A stretch of 64,000 nt of DNA from a virus (IMGVR_UViG_2508501124_000001:5277-69276), one strand, 5' to 3'; counted from the stretch's first letter, positions 28,114 to 37,616 are shown. Translations and numbers: made by a program. Notes: generated by a model not told the origin, from the letters alone.

Positions 28114-29540
28114 CAGCGTCCAAGGGAGAGTGCCCTGCCGGGTTTCGGCTCCTCATCTGGGGATGCCTCGGGAGTGGGCGGAACGTATTCGCGCAGCTCG
28201 TCGTAATCTAGAACAAGCGGATTCGTGATGAGGTGCTTGCTCTCATTCATGTTGTTCGCGAAAAACTCAATGGCCCGAGCCTGGTTGTTTGGATCGAGCG
28301 CGGGAAGCAGGATTTCAAGTGCAGACACAAGTGTCTCGAACTTAACTTTTTCCACTTCGACGAGTTTGCTTTCAGGCTCGACGAGGAGCGAAGGCCACGT
28401 TGCCTCAAAGGAGTTCGACCACTCGTAAAATGCCTCGTTGTATGACATGCCTTTGTATTTCGGCATATCAGCCTGGACCGTGGCATAAAACTCGGGGGTC
28501 CACGCCAAACGCATCACGATGCGCTCGAAGAACTTATACAGCGGCTCTACTGACAGTCGCTCGTTATCGATGTAGCGGACGACTTCCTTGGCATCTTCAG
28601 AGCCCTCGCCAAACCCCTCGGCATACGACTCCGAGTTGAGCAGCTTCGCCGGCTGAGGAACCGCTGCGGCGATGTTCTCGAGGATGTTCTTTCGCGCCGT
28701 CGTCAGTGCGCCGTCAGCGTTCAGCAGATTCAGCGTCTCGATCGCCTCTTCCGGCGTGATATTGATGACGTTGTTCGTCTGCGCTTCCTTGACCACATTG
28801 CGCTTTACACCCTGCAGCACAGCCATCGCACGGTCAGCAATCGACCCGGCTGGCTTCATCTTCGCCACGATCACGCCGACCTTGCGGGCGACCATGTCGT
28901 CAGCAATGAGCGTCTGAACGAACGATTTCAGCGGGAATAGGGCGCGCTGATAGACCGAGCGGCCCGTGTAGCCATAGGCCGAATTCGTGTACTCGATGTA
29001 GAGCGGCGATTCGTTGAAGAAAACGAGGGCGCGCGATGGGTGATATGTTTGACCCGCGGCAGTGACTAGCGTCGGCTTCTGGAAGTCAGGCGCGTTCGGA
29101 TCTTGATTCAGGACCAGCGAGCCGGCCGTGTTCAGTGGGTCGAGCGCATTGAAATACAGTTCTTTCTTGGCGAGTTCCTCGGGCTTGATCGGCGTCTTGG
29201 TGTCGACACCCTTGGCGCCAAAGACGATGGCCGATGCACCGTAAATCTTCGCGAGCCGCCACGTGTTGGCGATGTACGTGTCAGCGTTGATCTCGTTCCA
29301 CTTGCGCTCGAAGGCTTCGCGTACGCGCTCCTCGGGGCTGTTCGGAATCGAAATCTTGCGCTTCTGCGACATCGCCAGCTTGATCGGCTGGTCGACGATT
29401 TTGGACCCGAGGGGGTGAAACGAATAGATGGTCTTGCAGAGGTGATACGAAGGCTCGCTACCCGGAATTATTCCATCGGCCATCAGAATATCCATCAGGC
29501 TCGAACTCAGGCTAGAGCCTAGGATGGTGATTTCTGCCAT
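28113..29540 (-). CDS. Portal protein (DUF1073-like)
   Basis: Follows terminase; ENIAAAVPQPAKLL motif. Confidence 0.8.
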   Translation of the reverse strand: MAEITILGSSLSSSLMDILMADGIIPGSEPSYHLCKTIYSFHPLGSKIVDQPIKLAMSQKRKISIPNSPEERVREAFERKWNEINADTYIANTWRLAKIYGASAIVFGAKGVDTKTPIKPEELAKKELYFNALDPLNTAGSLVLNQDPNAPDFQKPTLVTAAGQTYHPSRALVFFNESPLYIEYTNSAYGYTGRSVYQRALFPLKSFVQTLIADDMVARKVGVIVAKMKPAGSIADRAMAVLQGVKRNVVKEAQTNNVINITPEEAIETLNLLNADGALTTARKNILENIAAAVPQPAKLLNSESYAEGFGEGSEDAKEVVRYIDNERLSVEPLYKFFERIVMRLAWTPEFYATVQADMPKYKGMSYNEAFYEWSNSFEATWPSLLVEPESKLVEVEKVKFETLVSALEILLPALDPNNQARAIEFFANNMNESKHLITNPLVLDYDELREYVPPTPEASPDEEPKPGRALSLGR

Positions 29541-29561
29541 GTGTGTGCCGTGAGTTAAATA

Positions 29562-31106
29562 CTAGAGGCCGTCCGAATCTCCGAGGCCGATTGCAATTCC
29601 GTAGACTGTGGTGTCGTACGCGTCATCCGCTTGATTGGGAATGCCAAGGCGATAGCCGAATACCTGGCTCAGCAGGTGGTTCTGAGTTCGGCCCTTGTAC
29701 GTGACCGTCTTGTTGTAGGCGTGCTCGCTGAGCTTGACCTTTCCGTGATGGACAAAGTCAGACACGCCCGTACCGCGAGCGTCCTTACTCATTGAGGTCA
29801 ATTTGCTGTCAATTGCCTGCGCCGGCCAGCCACTACGCGCCGCACGCTGGAGTAGGGTGATACCGCTTCCCTTGTCCTCAACGAAGCTGCCGGCGCTACC
29901 TAAGCGGGCGCCGGTGAGCTTTGCCAATTCCTCGACGCGAGCCATGATGGACGGAAACCAGTCAGCAATCAGGTCACTCTCGATTTGAGTGATGTCCCAA
30001 TCAAGAATGATTAGCGGATGGCCGACATATCGATTACGGGCGAAGTAGGTAACCGCCGTGCCGTCGTTCTTATCGCCTGCCTTCAGCGCTGAGTCAAGAA
30101 CGGCGAATACATAGTCGCAATGCGTCGGCATCGGCACAGGAGCGCCATCCACCAGCATATTCGCCAGTTGGAACAGCGAACCCTCAAGCGGCCGCGGCAA
30201 TTGCTGATAGAGCGATGCCCACGTGCGGACATTGCTCTGGAATTGCGCCCAATGCTTTTCTGTGAACCATTCCGGCCAGAGATATTCGCCAATCTTGCGG
30301 CCGAGCGGGTCGTTCTGGACTTCGCAGCGCGCCTGCAGACAGACGACTTCCCAGACGTTGCCATCGCGGCAGAGGATCGGGCCTGATTCGCCTTTCCAGT
30401 CTTCAGGAAGGATGCGGCCGGATAGGTCGTCTTCGTGCCAGCGAGTTTGTATTACAACTATCCAGCCGCCAGGAATCAGACGCGTCTTAAGGTCATCTTC
30501 GTACGCCGACCATGTCTTATCGCGGATCGTTGGTGAATCAGCCTGTTCGCGGCCTTTCACGGGGTCATCAATGATGATTCCGTGCGCGCGATTGCCGGTG
30601 ATGCCCGACATAATCCCGCACGCCATGTACTCACTGCCATTGGTCAGCGAGAACTCTTGCGCCGCGGCGGAATCCGATGTCAGTTCGCAGCCGAATATTC
30701 CCTTGAACCGCTTCTGGCGAATGATCGACCGGGTGCGCCGGCCCATCTTGCGAGCGAGGTCGTCGCCGTAGCTGGCGAGAATGACCTTGCGGTTGGGCTT
30801 CTGGCCGAGAAAGCGCGAGGGGAATACTACAGATGCGTAGGTTGACTTGGCGCTACCTGGCGGCATGAATACCATCATGCGGCCGTGTTCTTTGTTGCTT
30901 ACCTCATCCAGCTTGGTCAGCAGGAGCCGGTGGTGATCCGCCAGCGTCGTTTCGATCGGCTCGAAAAACTCTGTGTCCGGATCATCCGTAGCGGGCTTGC
31001 CGGGGACGTCGATCGCATTGACATAATGGAGAATGTCCTCCCGAGCCTTGCGCCTAATCAGCAGTTCGCGCGCTGCCTCCTGCGGCGATAGCGGCGAGTT
31101 CGTCAT
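29562..31106 (-). CDS. terL: Terminase large subunit
   Basis: MPPGSAKST Walker A, IIIDDPVKG Walker B, LDSA..GDKND and DDAYD nuclease motifs. Confidence 0.93.
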   Translation of the reverse strand: MTNSPLSPQEAARELLIRRKAREDILHYVNAIDVPGKPATDDPDTEFFEPIETTLADHHRLLLTKLDEVSNKEHGRMMVFMPPGSAKSTYASVVFPSRFLGQKPNRKVILASYGDDLARKMGRRTRSIIRQKRFKGIFGCELTSDSAAAQEFSLTNGSEYMACGIMSGITGNRAHGIIIDDPVKGREQADSPTIRDKTWSAYEDDLKTRLIPGGWIVVIQTRWHEDDLSGRILPEDWKGESGPILCRDGNVWEVVCLQARCEVQNDPLGRKIGEYLWPEWFTEKHWAQFQSNVRTWASLYQQLPRPLEGSLFQLANMLVDGAPVPMPTHCDYVFAVLDSALKAGDKNDGTAVTYFARNRYVGHPLIILDWDITQIESDLIADWFPSIMARVEELAKLTGARLGSAGSFVEDKGSGITLLQRAARSGWPAQAIDSKLTSMSKDARGTGVSDFVHHGKVKLSEHAYNKTVTYKGRTQNHLLSQVFGYRLGIPNQADDAYDTTVYGIAIGLGDSDGL

Positions 31107-31722
31107 CCGTCATTTCCTGCGGCTTGCGGTCAGATTTAATATTGGCGTTCAGATTGACCTCTTGCGGCGTCGAAATTCCGTATGCCTCACGCTCCAACCC
31201 GATCAATGTCTTCAGGGTGTCCGATAGTTTTTTCATGCTATCAATCCGGCCCACGCTGGAAATGACCTTTTGATATAGATCATTGCGCCGGTCCTGCCCC
31301 TTCTCATCATCAGAGCGGAGCATCTCGCCCAATTGCTCGAACAGTTCAATATTGCTGGTTTCCGCTTCCAACTCAGCCAGTAGCGACATTGCCAACGTCC
31401 GGGCGCGGCCAACGTCTTTTCTCTGCGTGAGATGGACGTGAGCCAGCATGTCGGCATTTGCATCGACGATCGACCGCTCGGTTGCCGCCTTCGTTTCCGT
31501 GGCAACCTGATTGGCAACCTCGCGCTTGGCAACTAGCGCTTCCGCCTTTGCCTGTATGCGTTTGGAGAGATCTCGCTCCCATCCTTCGGCCTTGGCCTTC
31601 TTCTGGATGGCGGTATGAGAAATACCCTGCAAGGCTGCGATTTCCCGAACCGACAACACGCCGGCCCGGTAATCACCTTCGATACGCTCCCAATCCGGCG
31701 CCGCTTTCTTTTCTGTTGCCAT
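31054..31722 (-). CDS. terS: Terminase small subunit
   Basis: PDWERIE.DYRAG.LS.REIA N-terminal HTH; upstream of terL. Confidence 0.85.
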   Translation of the reverse strand: MATEKKAAPDWERIEGDYRAGVLSVREIAALQGISHTAIQKKAKAEGWERDLSKRIQAKAEALVAKREVANQVATETKAATERSIVDANADMLAHVHLTQRKDVGRARTLAMSLLAELEAETSNIELFEQLGEMLRSDDEKGQDRRNDLYQKVISSVGRIDSMKKLSDTLKTLIGLEREAYGISTPQEVNLNANIKSDRKPQEMTDDELAAIAAGGSARTAD

Positions 31723-31753
31723 ACCCTATCTGGGCATGACGCCCTTCTTGTGA

Positions 31754-32623
31754 TTACTCGAACACCCAGTTCGCCCCATTGCAGAACACTGGGTACGTGG
31801 TGGACGTCGCTTGCGTACCCGTTCCCGCGGCTAATGCACCGTGCCATGCGGGTGTACCGCCTGCATCAAGTACAGTGGCCTCCAGGCCCGTATTGCCAGC
31901 AGAGCAGGTAGGCAGCGCAGACGTCAGGAATGTTTGCGATTTGACGCCGCCACTAGCTTGGAACGTTCCGGTCACGGTCATTGGACCGGTATGCGCCCAT
32001 GCTCCCGAGCCGCTATTCGATGTGATGCCCGTGATACCAGAACCAGACCCGCCCGATGCAATCAGCCAGTTCAGCGGACTGCTTCCACTATCGTTGACGA
32101 ACCGGAAAGTCATGCCGCTATTGATGCCAAGAATCTGCGAAGTGCGATTATTCGCCGTTTGGGCTTGGTCGTAGAAACTCGCGATCGCCCACGACGGAGA
32201 AGCCCCCAGCGAAATGCCCGAGTTTGTCGGAGATGCTGGCTGCGTGTTGCTGGTGGAATTCAGACTGCCCTGGACGTTGACGTTCCCCGTCGCGACCAGA
32301 TCACCAGTAACCGCCGCGCCACCCTGAGCCTGGAGCTGATTCACGACTTGTACAGGACCGGAACCCTGCGTAGAAAGTTTCAGCGTGACGTTCAGATTCG
32401 AACCGGTCGCGGAAATTGTCGGGACTGAACCAGTTGCACCGCCCGTGAAAGTGAGATTGTTCCCACCCGATATAGCAGTGCCAATGGTGCCGGCAGTCGT
32501 GATGTTGCCGGTGACAGCGAGCGGACCATTGAGCGTTCCGCCCGATTTGGGCAGATAGCCGCCATAGTACTGGGCATGCGCGAGCGCCGGAAGAAGTAGA
32601 AGGATCAGTGCGAACTTGCGCAT
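31754..32623 (-). CDS. Fibre-like protein with signal peptide and C-terminal Cys pair
   Basis: MRKFALILLLLPALAHA-Q; LPKSGGTLNG fibre motif; LPTC...PVFCNGANW. Confidence 0.6.
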   Translation of the reverse strand: MRKFALILLLLPALAHAQYYGGYLPKSGGTLNGPLAVTGNITTAGTIGTAISGGNNLTFTGGATGSVPTISATGSNLNVTLKLSTQGSGPVQVVNQLQAQGGAAVTGDLVATGNVNVQGSLNSTSNTQPASPTNSGISLGASPSWAIASFYDQAQTANNRTSQILGINSGMTFRFVNDSGSSPLNWLIASGGSGSGITGITSNSGSGAWAHTGPMTVTGTFQASGGVKSQTFLTSALPTCSAGNTGLEATVLDAGGTPAWHGALAAGTGTQATSTTYPVFCNGANWVFE

Positions 32624-32992
32624 TTAATACCCCACAACTGCGAACGACGTTCCCGCGCCAGAGCCGACACCACTCAAGGCATTCGTCGGACCGAATGGCA
32701 GCGTCAGTGCAGCGCCGGGCGCAATGGCGAAGTCGCTCGTCGTTGCGGTAGCTCCGAATGACGCATAGAGCGTGTTGGACGCGTGCGTGTTCTGCACGGT
32801 CAGCCAACCTTTGTACGCGCCGGCCGCGACGAGTTGCGCCGATGTCGTGCCGACAGTGCCGGATGCGCTTACGCCGGCTTCGGCGGGGCCTGCCGAGGTG
32901 ATTGGGCTACTGTCACCCGAACCGGCCGTGATTCGTACCGGAATCGCTGCGGCGTCATTGTCCTGCGCGTTCGGGAAGTTATAAAGTGCCAT
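32624..32992 (-). CDS. Small beta-rich structural-type protein
   Basis: LTVQN....LYASFG..AT...IAPG pattern. Confidence 0.55.
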   Translation of the reverse strand: MALYNFPNAQDNDAAAIPVRITAGSGDSSPITSAGPAEAGVSASGTVGTTSAQLVAAGAYKGWLTVQNTHASNTLYASFGATATTSDFAIAPGAALTLPFGPTNALSGVGSGAGTSFAVVGY

Positions 32993-33045
32993 CGTCTACT
33001 CGTGAATTTGTGCCGGCGAGCCGACGAGGAAAACTATGCTTTCAG

Positions 33046-33132
33046 TCAATCGGCCCGCGGCGGAATCACCACCACCGCCAGCAGAATTGCTGCGAATGCG
33101 GCTTTGAGAGTGAGGATAGCGATAGGGGTCAT
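33046..33132 (-). CDS. 28-aa hydrophobic peptide
   Basis: ATGA overlap with upstream stop; MTPIAILTLKAAFAAILLAVVVIPPRAD. Confidence 0.4.
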   Translation of the reverse strand: MTPIAILTLKAAFAAILLAVVVIPPRAD

Positions 33133-34313
33133 GCTGCAACCTCAAACATCTCAGGCACCACCGTATTGCGGGCGACCTGCCCGAACTGCGAATGGTACGT
33201 AATGGCCGTGGCTGATCGCTCCGACAGCCACCCGCCGCGGGCCGCATATGCATCTCGAGCGGCAAGCGTCGGATGCTGGATCACAGTCATTCCAGAATGC
33301 TCTTTCTCTTCGACGTGGTGTCTGTGGCCTGTCGCGCAGTAGCGCTTAGTCGTTGCGCCCCAGACCTTCGGGAACTGGCTGGCGAACAGCAGAGGCAAAG
33401 CCTCGTTGCGCTTGAGGTGCCCGTGATGGAATGCCAGCATGGTCTGGCCGTGCTGATAGACGTAGTAGGGCAGCGCCGAGTCAATCACCTGGACACGCGG
33501 CTCATTCTCGTACAGCGCGGCGAACATGGCGCGGAGCCAGATGCTCGACGCCATGTCGTGATTGCCTTCGGCGAGCAGGACAACGACTTTGTCGTGCCGC
33601 TCGAGCGCGAAGTCTACGATGCGTCGCAGGATGCGAATGGACGTCGAAACGATCTTCGAGAATCGCCCGTCCTGGTCGAGAACGTGACCATGTTGGGGCG
33701 TTATCGGCAGGAGGCCGCCGGAACCGTCACTGTGTAGCCAGTCTCCGAGTTGCGCTACCACGCCGACACCCGCCTGAGGCGCCGCATTCACCATGTGGCA
33801 GAACGCAGCAGTCAGCGTGCGCTCAGCGATCTTCAGATCCCAATCAGCGTCAAGCGTTTCTTTCGCGGACGCCAACATGCCCACGTGGCAGTCGGTCAAG
33901 GTGTAGACGTTGCACAACGACGAATCGGTCTTGGCCGGACCCGGCGCTGCCTTAACCCGCGGCAGCGTCTCCGCCATTGCAGCGAAGCCTTCTCGCATGA
34001 TCACTTCCCAGCGATCATTGTCCCGCTCAGTCTTGACCCACTGAATGGCGATGCCATCGTCGGTGTAGGCCGTAGACACGCCCTTAACGCGAAAGCCGTC
34101 CGGCACTGCGTGCGTCATGTCGTAGGAGGGCGCATACCCCATCTTCGCGGCCCTACGCTCCAGATTATCCAGAGCGCGAATCAGAACGCTGTGATGGACG
34201 CCGAGCGTCTTTGCTGCGATCGTGGGCTTGCCGTGCTGCTCGACGGCTTCGAGGAAGGAAATTTCCCTGGCATCGGCAAATTCTCGCAAACGCGGGTCAA
34301 ATTGACGTGCCAC
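33129..34313 (-). CDS. Calcineurin-like metallophosphoesterase with N-terminal HTH
   Basis: DCHVG, GDWLH, EGNHD, HHGH, GHRHH motifs. Confidence 0.85.
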   Translation of the reverse strand: MARQFDPRLREFADAREISFLEAVEQHGKPTIAAKTLGVHHSVLIRALDNLERRAAKMGYAPSYDMTHAVPDGFRVKGVSTAYTDDGIAIQWVKTERDNDRWEVIMREGFAAMAETLPRVKAAPGPAKTDSSLCNVYTLTDCHVGMLASAKETLDADWDLKIAERTLTAAFCHMVNAAPQAGVGVVAQLGDWLHSDGSGGLLPITPQHGHVLDQDGRFSKIVSTSIRILRRIVDFALERHDKVVVLLAEGNHDMASSIWLRAMFAALYENEPRVQVIDSALPYYVYQHGQTMLAFHHGHLKRNEALPLLFASQFPKVWGATTKRYCATGHRHHVEEKEHSGMTVIQHPTLAARDAYAARGGWLSERSATAITYHSQFGQVARNTVVPEMFEVAA

Positions 34314-34321
34314 GGTTTCCC

Positions 34322-34540
34322 CTAACTATTGAGTTGACATTTATATTCGCCACACCATGAATCGGCATCGACGAGTGGCCATGCAACCGCAGTGCAGCCC
34401 GTCGCCACGTCATAGACGAACGACGGAGGGTTGCGCCGGCACTTGATTTCCTCGCCGCGCTTGTAATCGCTGAACCTGCAGTTCTTGCATATCTCCGTGC
34501 GCTCAGCGACAACCGTGATTTTCGGCTTGCGAGCAGGCAT
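34322..34540 (-). CDS. Small Cys-rich protein, 72 aa
   Basis: CKNC..C..NPP..WP.V...SWCGE. Confidence 0.65.
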   Translation of the reverse strand: MPARKPKITVVAERTEICKNCRFSDYKRGEEIKCRRNPPSFVYDVATGCTAVAWPLVDADSWCGEYKCQLNS

Positions 34541-34864
34541 TGGAGACTCGAATAAAAAAGCCAGCAGCCTTTCAGCGCGGGCTAACGTCGGAGAAAACGA
34601 CGAGGGGATTGGGTGACGGCTTGACGCTTGCCCCGCATGGCGCAGTGGCCTCCTATCGGAGCGCGCGAGCAACTCTGCCTTACCTTCGTGGATGGCGACC
34701 ACCAGATATCTTGAAACGGACTCACACCGTTGCCGATCGCCATGCATGAAAGCCGTCCGTTGTGCCGCAGGGGTGGACGATGCCCTAGTACTATCGGCGG
34801 TTCAGGTGCTCCACCGCCCGTGTGTGATTCTGCCGGGCCTACCGGCTGGCGGCGGAGCGGGGGA

Positions 34865-34990
34865 TCAGGGCTTGGGTAGCTTATCGCGCATTCGTTCATC
34901 CCTTCCGATTTCGATGCCCAGGCGGATTCCCGCAAACAAGGGAACTCCGGTCAGAAATAGCACTAGCACTAATGCGTAGATGAAGGTCAT
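34865..34990 (-). CDS. 41-aa membrane peptide
   Basis: MTFIYALVLVLFLTGVPLFAGIRLG... Confidence 0.45.
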   Translation of the reverse strand: MTFIYALVLVLFLTGVPLFAGIRLGIEIGRDERMRDKLPKP

Positions 34991-35017
34991 GTCTAACCTA
35001 ACTTGCGTCGCTTCCCA

Positions 35018-35113
35018 TCACAAGTCCCAGCCTTCCGCCAGGTCGAGCATGATCTGCGTCATTCCCATGTTCCACGTCGCACACAGGAGCAGGTACGCCG
35101 TTACTGGATTCAT
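35018..35113 (-). CDS. 31-aa peptide
   Basis: ATGA-coupled to upstream ORF. Confidence 0.4.
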   Translation of the reverse strand: MNPVTAYLLLCATWNMGMTQIMLDLAEGWDL

Positions 35114-35232
35114 CGCTGGAGTTTCCGAAGTTCATCGAGGCGCGCGATCATCGAAGCCCTGAGCGCCGGATCAATGTTGCGCATGCGCTCCAGATCCAGT
35201 TCGAGGCTGTCGATTAACTCTTGAAAGTTCAT
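35110..35232 (-). CDS. 40-aa helical peptide
   Basis: MNFQELIDSLELDLERMR... Confidence 0.45.
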   Translation of the reverse strand: MNFQELIDSLELDLERMRNIDPALRASMIARLDELRKLQR

Positions 35233-35292
35233 TGCTTACTCGAATTCTGGCCGGCTAACCGGCAAGAGACACGTTGCATGTCTGCGGGCGGG

Positions 35293-35490
35293 TTACAGCT
35301 CACGAACGGGCTGCGGCGGGGTGAAAAGTGCTTCGGCTGCCTTGCGCGCTTCGCTCCAACCGGATTTAACCGTGAGCGTTCGGCGCTTCTCGGCGCGTTT
35401 CTCAGCATTGGCTTGTGCCGCCTGCTTTTCCTCAAGTACGCGCTCTGGATTCCCGTACATTCGGGATTCGAGAGTAGTAGGGAAGCGCAT
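35293..35490 (-). CDS. Hypothetical protein, 65 aa
   Basis: MYGNPERVLEEKQ motif; first ORF after the tR'-like terminator. Confidence 0.55.
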   Translation of the reverse strand: MRFPTTLESRMYGNPERVLEEKQAAQANAEKRAEKRRTLTVKSGWSEARKAAEALFTPPQPVREL

Positions 35491-35506
35491 GGCGGGGCCG
35501 GAAATG

Positions 35507-35539
35507 AAAAAGCCCGCGAGGCTTTCACCTGGCGGGCTT
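35507..35539 (-). terminator. tR'-like terminator downstream of the late promoter
   Basis: AAGCCCGC/GCGGGCTT stem plus T-run. Confidence 0.65.
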
Positions 35540-35656
35540 CTGGAAATTCAGGGCGAGTTTTACCGCTCGCTGCGGGAAATATTTGAGCCGTTCGGCTCTA
35601 CTGTCGATCTCTCATCCCGTTCGGCTGAGACAACCACTACCTAACAGTACGTGCCC

Positions 35657-35686
35657 AGTATAAACACAATATCTGGTGTCGCGCAA
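35657..35686 (-). promoter_or_regulatory. Late promoter (pR'-like)
   Basis: TTGCGC-18 bp-TATACT on the minus strand, downstream of the Q-like gene. Confidence 0.65.
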
Positions 35687-35705
35687 GATATTTTCACTAA
35701 ATGGG

Positions 35706-35936
35706 CTATTTTGCCATCGGCGCGCCTTCAGGGAGAAGGCCTTGCCGCTTCGCTAGATTCCACGCTTCGCGCATGAACAGATGGAGCCGGCCGTGTCGGC
35801 ACCCAACTTCCAGCCTAAATGAACTTATTCCGTCCTCAAGTCGAAGGAGGACAAATGCCACGCCGTTAGCTCTACGCACAGAGAAGTGCGGCTTGCCAGG
35901 ACGCGGCGTCTCCGGCGTGTGCCAAGGGCAATTCAT
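35706..35936 (-). CDS. Hypothetical protein, 76 aa
   Basis: ATGA overlap with the Q-like gene. Confidence 0.5.
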   Translation of the reverse strand: MNCPWHTPETPRPGKPHFSVRRANGVAFVLLRLEDGISSFRLEVGCRHGRLHLFMREAWNLAKRQGLLPEGAPMAK

Positions 35937-36442
35937 GCCGCATCCCTCATCAGTGCACTAACCCTGCCGCCCGTTGCCGCGACCGAAGCCATCATGCATG
36001 TCATCACCTGGTCGAACTTCTTCTGATGCTTCGACCAAGACTCCACCGGCAAAGACGCGGCAAGTGCCCGCTCACTATCCGAATGTCGCTTCACTCCAGA
36101 GCCGTCGCACTTCGAGCACTTGTCGTAACGCGAGCCACTGAGGATAAGGCCAGTGCCATTGCACGACACGCAGTTGTCCAGCACGAACTCCTTGATGCAT
36201 GCCGTCGCCAACTTCTGTGCGTAACTCAGTTCGACGCCGAGACTGCACTTGGCTTTGTGCGAAAGAAGATGAATCGCGCGCTTTCCCGCTGCTGCGTCCG
36301 ATCCAAACTTGAACCGGAACAGGGCGGCTCCGAGCGGATCAGAAAGACCCATGGCAGTGAGGCGATCGATGGACTTCACCTCGCGCTCATTCCACGCGAG
36401 ATTCGAACTTCTGACGTCGCTTGCGTACTTGTCTTTGAACAT
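35933..36442 (-). CDS. Late antiterminator Q-like protein (zinc finger)
   Basis: CVSCNGTG...CSKCDGSG; position before the late promoter. Confidence 0.75.
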   Translation of the reverse strand: MFKDKYASDVRSSNLAWNEREVKSIDRLTAMGLSDPLGAALFRFKFGSDAAAGKRAIHLLSHKAKCSLGVELSYAQKLATACIKEFVLDNCVSCNGTGLILSGSRYDKCSKCDGSGVKRHSDSERALAASLPVESWSKHQKKFDQVMTCMMASVAATGGRVSALMRDAA

Positions 36443-36563
36443 TCCGAACCCCGCAGGTGAGACACTATCTGTTGTGAGAAACAACGCTTCCTAGAGCACA
36501 TATTGTATCGTAAATCAATTAGCACTACAAACGGAGTGACCTGTCAATCACCCGTTTCGCGAA

Positions 36564-36770
36564 TCATTCTTCGAGTCCCGTAACGCCGTACATGTACATC
36601 GGCTCGGCCGGCTTCTCCACCTCTGCCACCGGCGCATCCCGCCACTTCCGGTTGTGCATCGTCGGCGCCACATACTTGGGGCGGTGTAGGAGGCACAGAC
36701 CAACGAGTCCGCACATTGAGGCGATGCCGAGGATGTAGCCAATGAGGAAACCGGGCAGAAATGCGCTCAT
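36564..36770 (-). CDS. Small membrane protein, 68 aa
   Basis: N-terminal TM segment MSAFLPGFLIGYILG. Confidence 0.5.
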   Translation of the reverse strand: MSAFLPGFLIGYILGIASMCGLVGLCLLHRPKYVAPTMHNRKWRDAPVAEVEKPAEPMYMYGVTGLEE

Positions 36771-36930
36771 GGCATCACCTTCGTTAGCCAAATAGCTATT
36801 CCAATCCCCATAAGAACCATGCCAATCATTAGGGCGGCATGCAGGAGGCACTCGTGCAATTTCACGCGGCCAGGAGCTAGCAGAACGCATGCAATCGCGA
36901 CGAACCAACATAAAGAAAACCCAACGGCTG

Positions 36931-37170
36931 TCATGCGGCGCCTCGCGCGGCTTTTGCATAATTGAGACCACTCTGAACGTTCATATGTATCGCGTTGGCA
37001 TGAAAATTCATATTGAGGAGATGATTTCTAAGTATGGTATTTACCTCCCGAAGCGCCCGCACCTCTGCGATCAGTTCAAGCAGGACCTCGACAGTGTGAG
37101 AAGGTCCGTATTCCTTGGCCCAATGCCCGGCCTTCGCCAACGTTTCCAACGCATCGATGTCGATAGTCAT
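36931..37170 (-). CDS. Hypothetical (Ead/Ea22-like N-terminus)
   Basis: MTIDIDALETLAKA..VLLELIAEVRAL. Confidence 0.55.
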   Translation of the reverse strand: MTIDIDALETLAKAGHWAKEYGPSHTVEVLLELIAEVRALREVNTILRNHLLNMNFHANAIHMNVQSGLNYAKAARGAA

Positions 37171-37616
37171 TTTTCTTCCTTACTGAACTTGGCGATGTAT
37201 TCTTCGACCATCTGTACAGCGTCGTCGGTTGACATGTCGATCGATTCAAACATCAAGAACCAAAGCTTCGCTCGCTCCTCCTCAAAGTTCCGCGCGACAA
37301 CCGCAGTCGTTGAGCTGTTCGCACTATCGCCCAGCCATTTTTGATGAAGAGCTGCAGCATGCGCCTCCATGAACATATAAAGCTGCCTCGATAAGTCTGC
37401 ATCAGTACATGTCTTTCGCTCTGCCAGTGCAGATGCAACGACATATCTCATCTTTTGAATGTCCTCCTTGGCATTCTCGGAAATCATCTCCAAGTAGAGC
37501 ATCTTGCTCTTTTCATCTTGATTGAACGATCTCTTCATTTCCTGTTCATAGAACTCGGTTGATAGAAATACGGGCGATTCTTTCCGTAGATTTTTGAACC
37601 ATGCTGCGATTCTCAT
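37167..37616 (-). CDS. Hypothetical protein, AT-richer than neighbours
   Basis: 149-aa coupled ORF. Confidence 0.6.
   Translation of the reverse strand: MRIAAWFKNLRKESPVFLSTEFYEQEMKRSFNQDEKSKMLYLEMISENAKEDIQKMRYVVASALAERKTCTDADLSRQLYMFMEAHAAALHQKWLGDSANSSTTAVVARNFEEERAKLWFLMFESIDMSTDDAVQMVEEYIAKFSKEEK

Noticed and set aside
34553-34585. Terminator upstream of the Cys-rich small gene
   Set aside because: A-run present but the stem is weak and irregular
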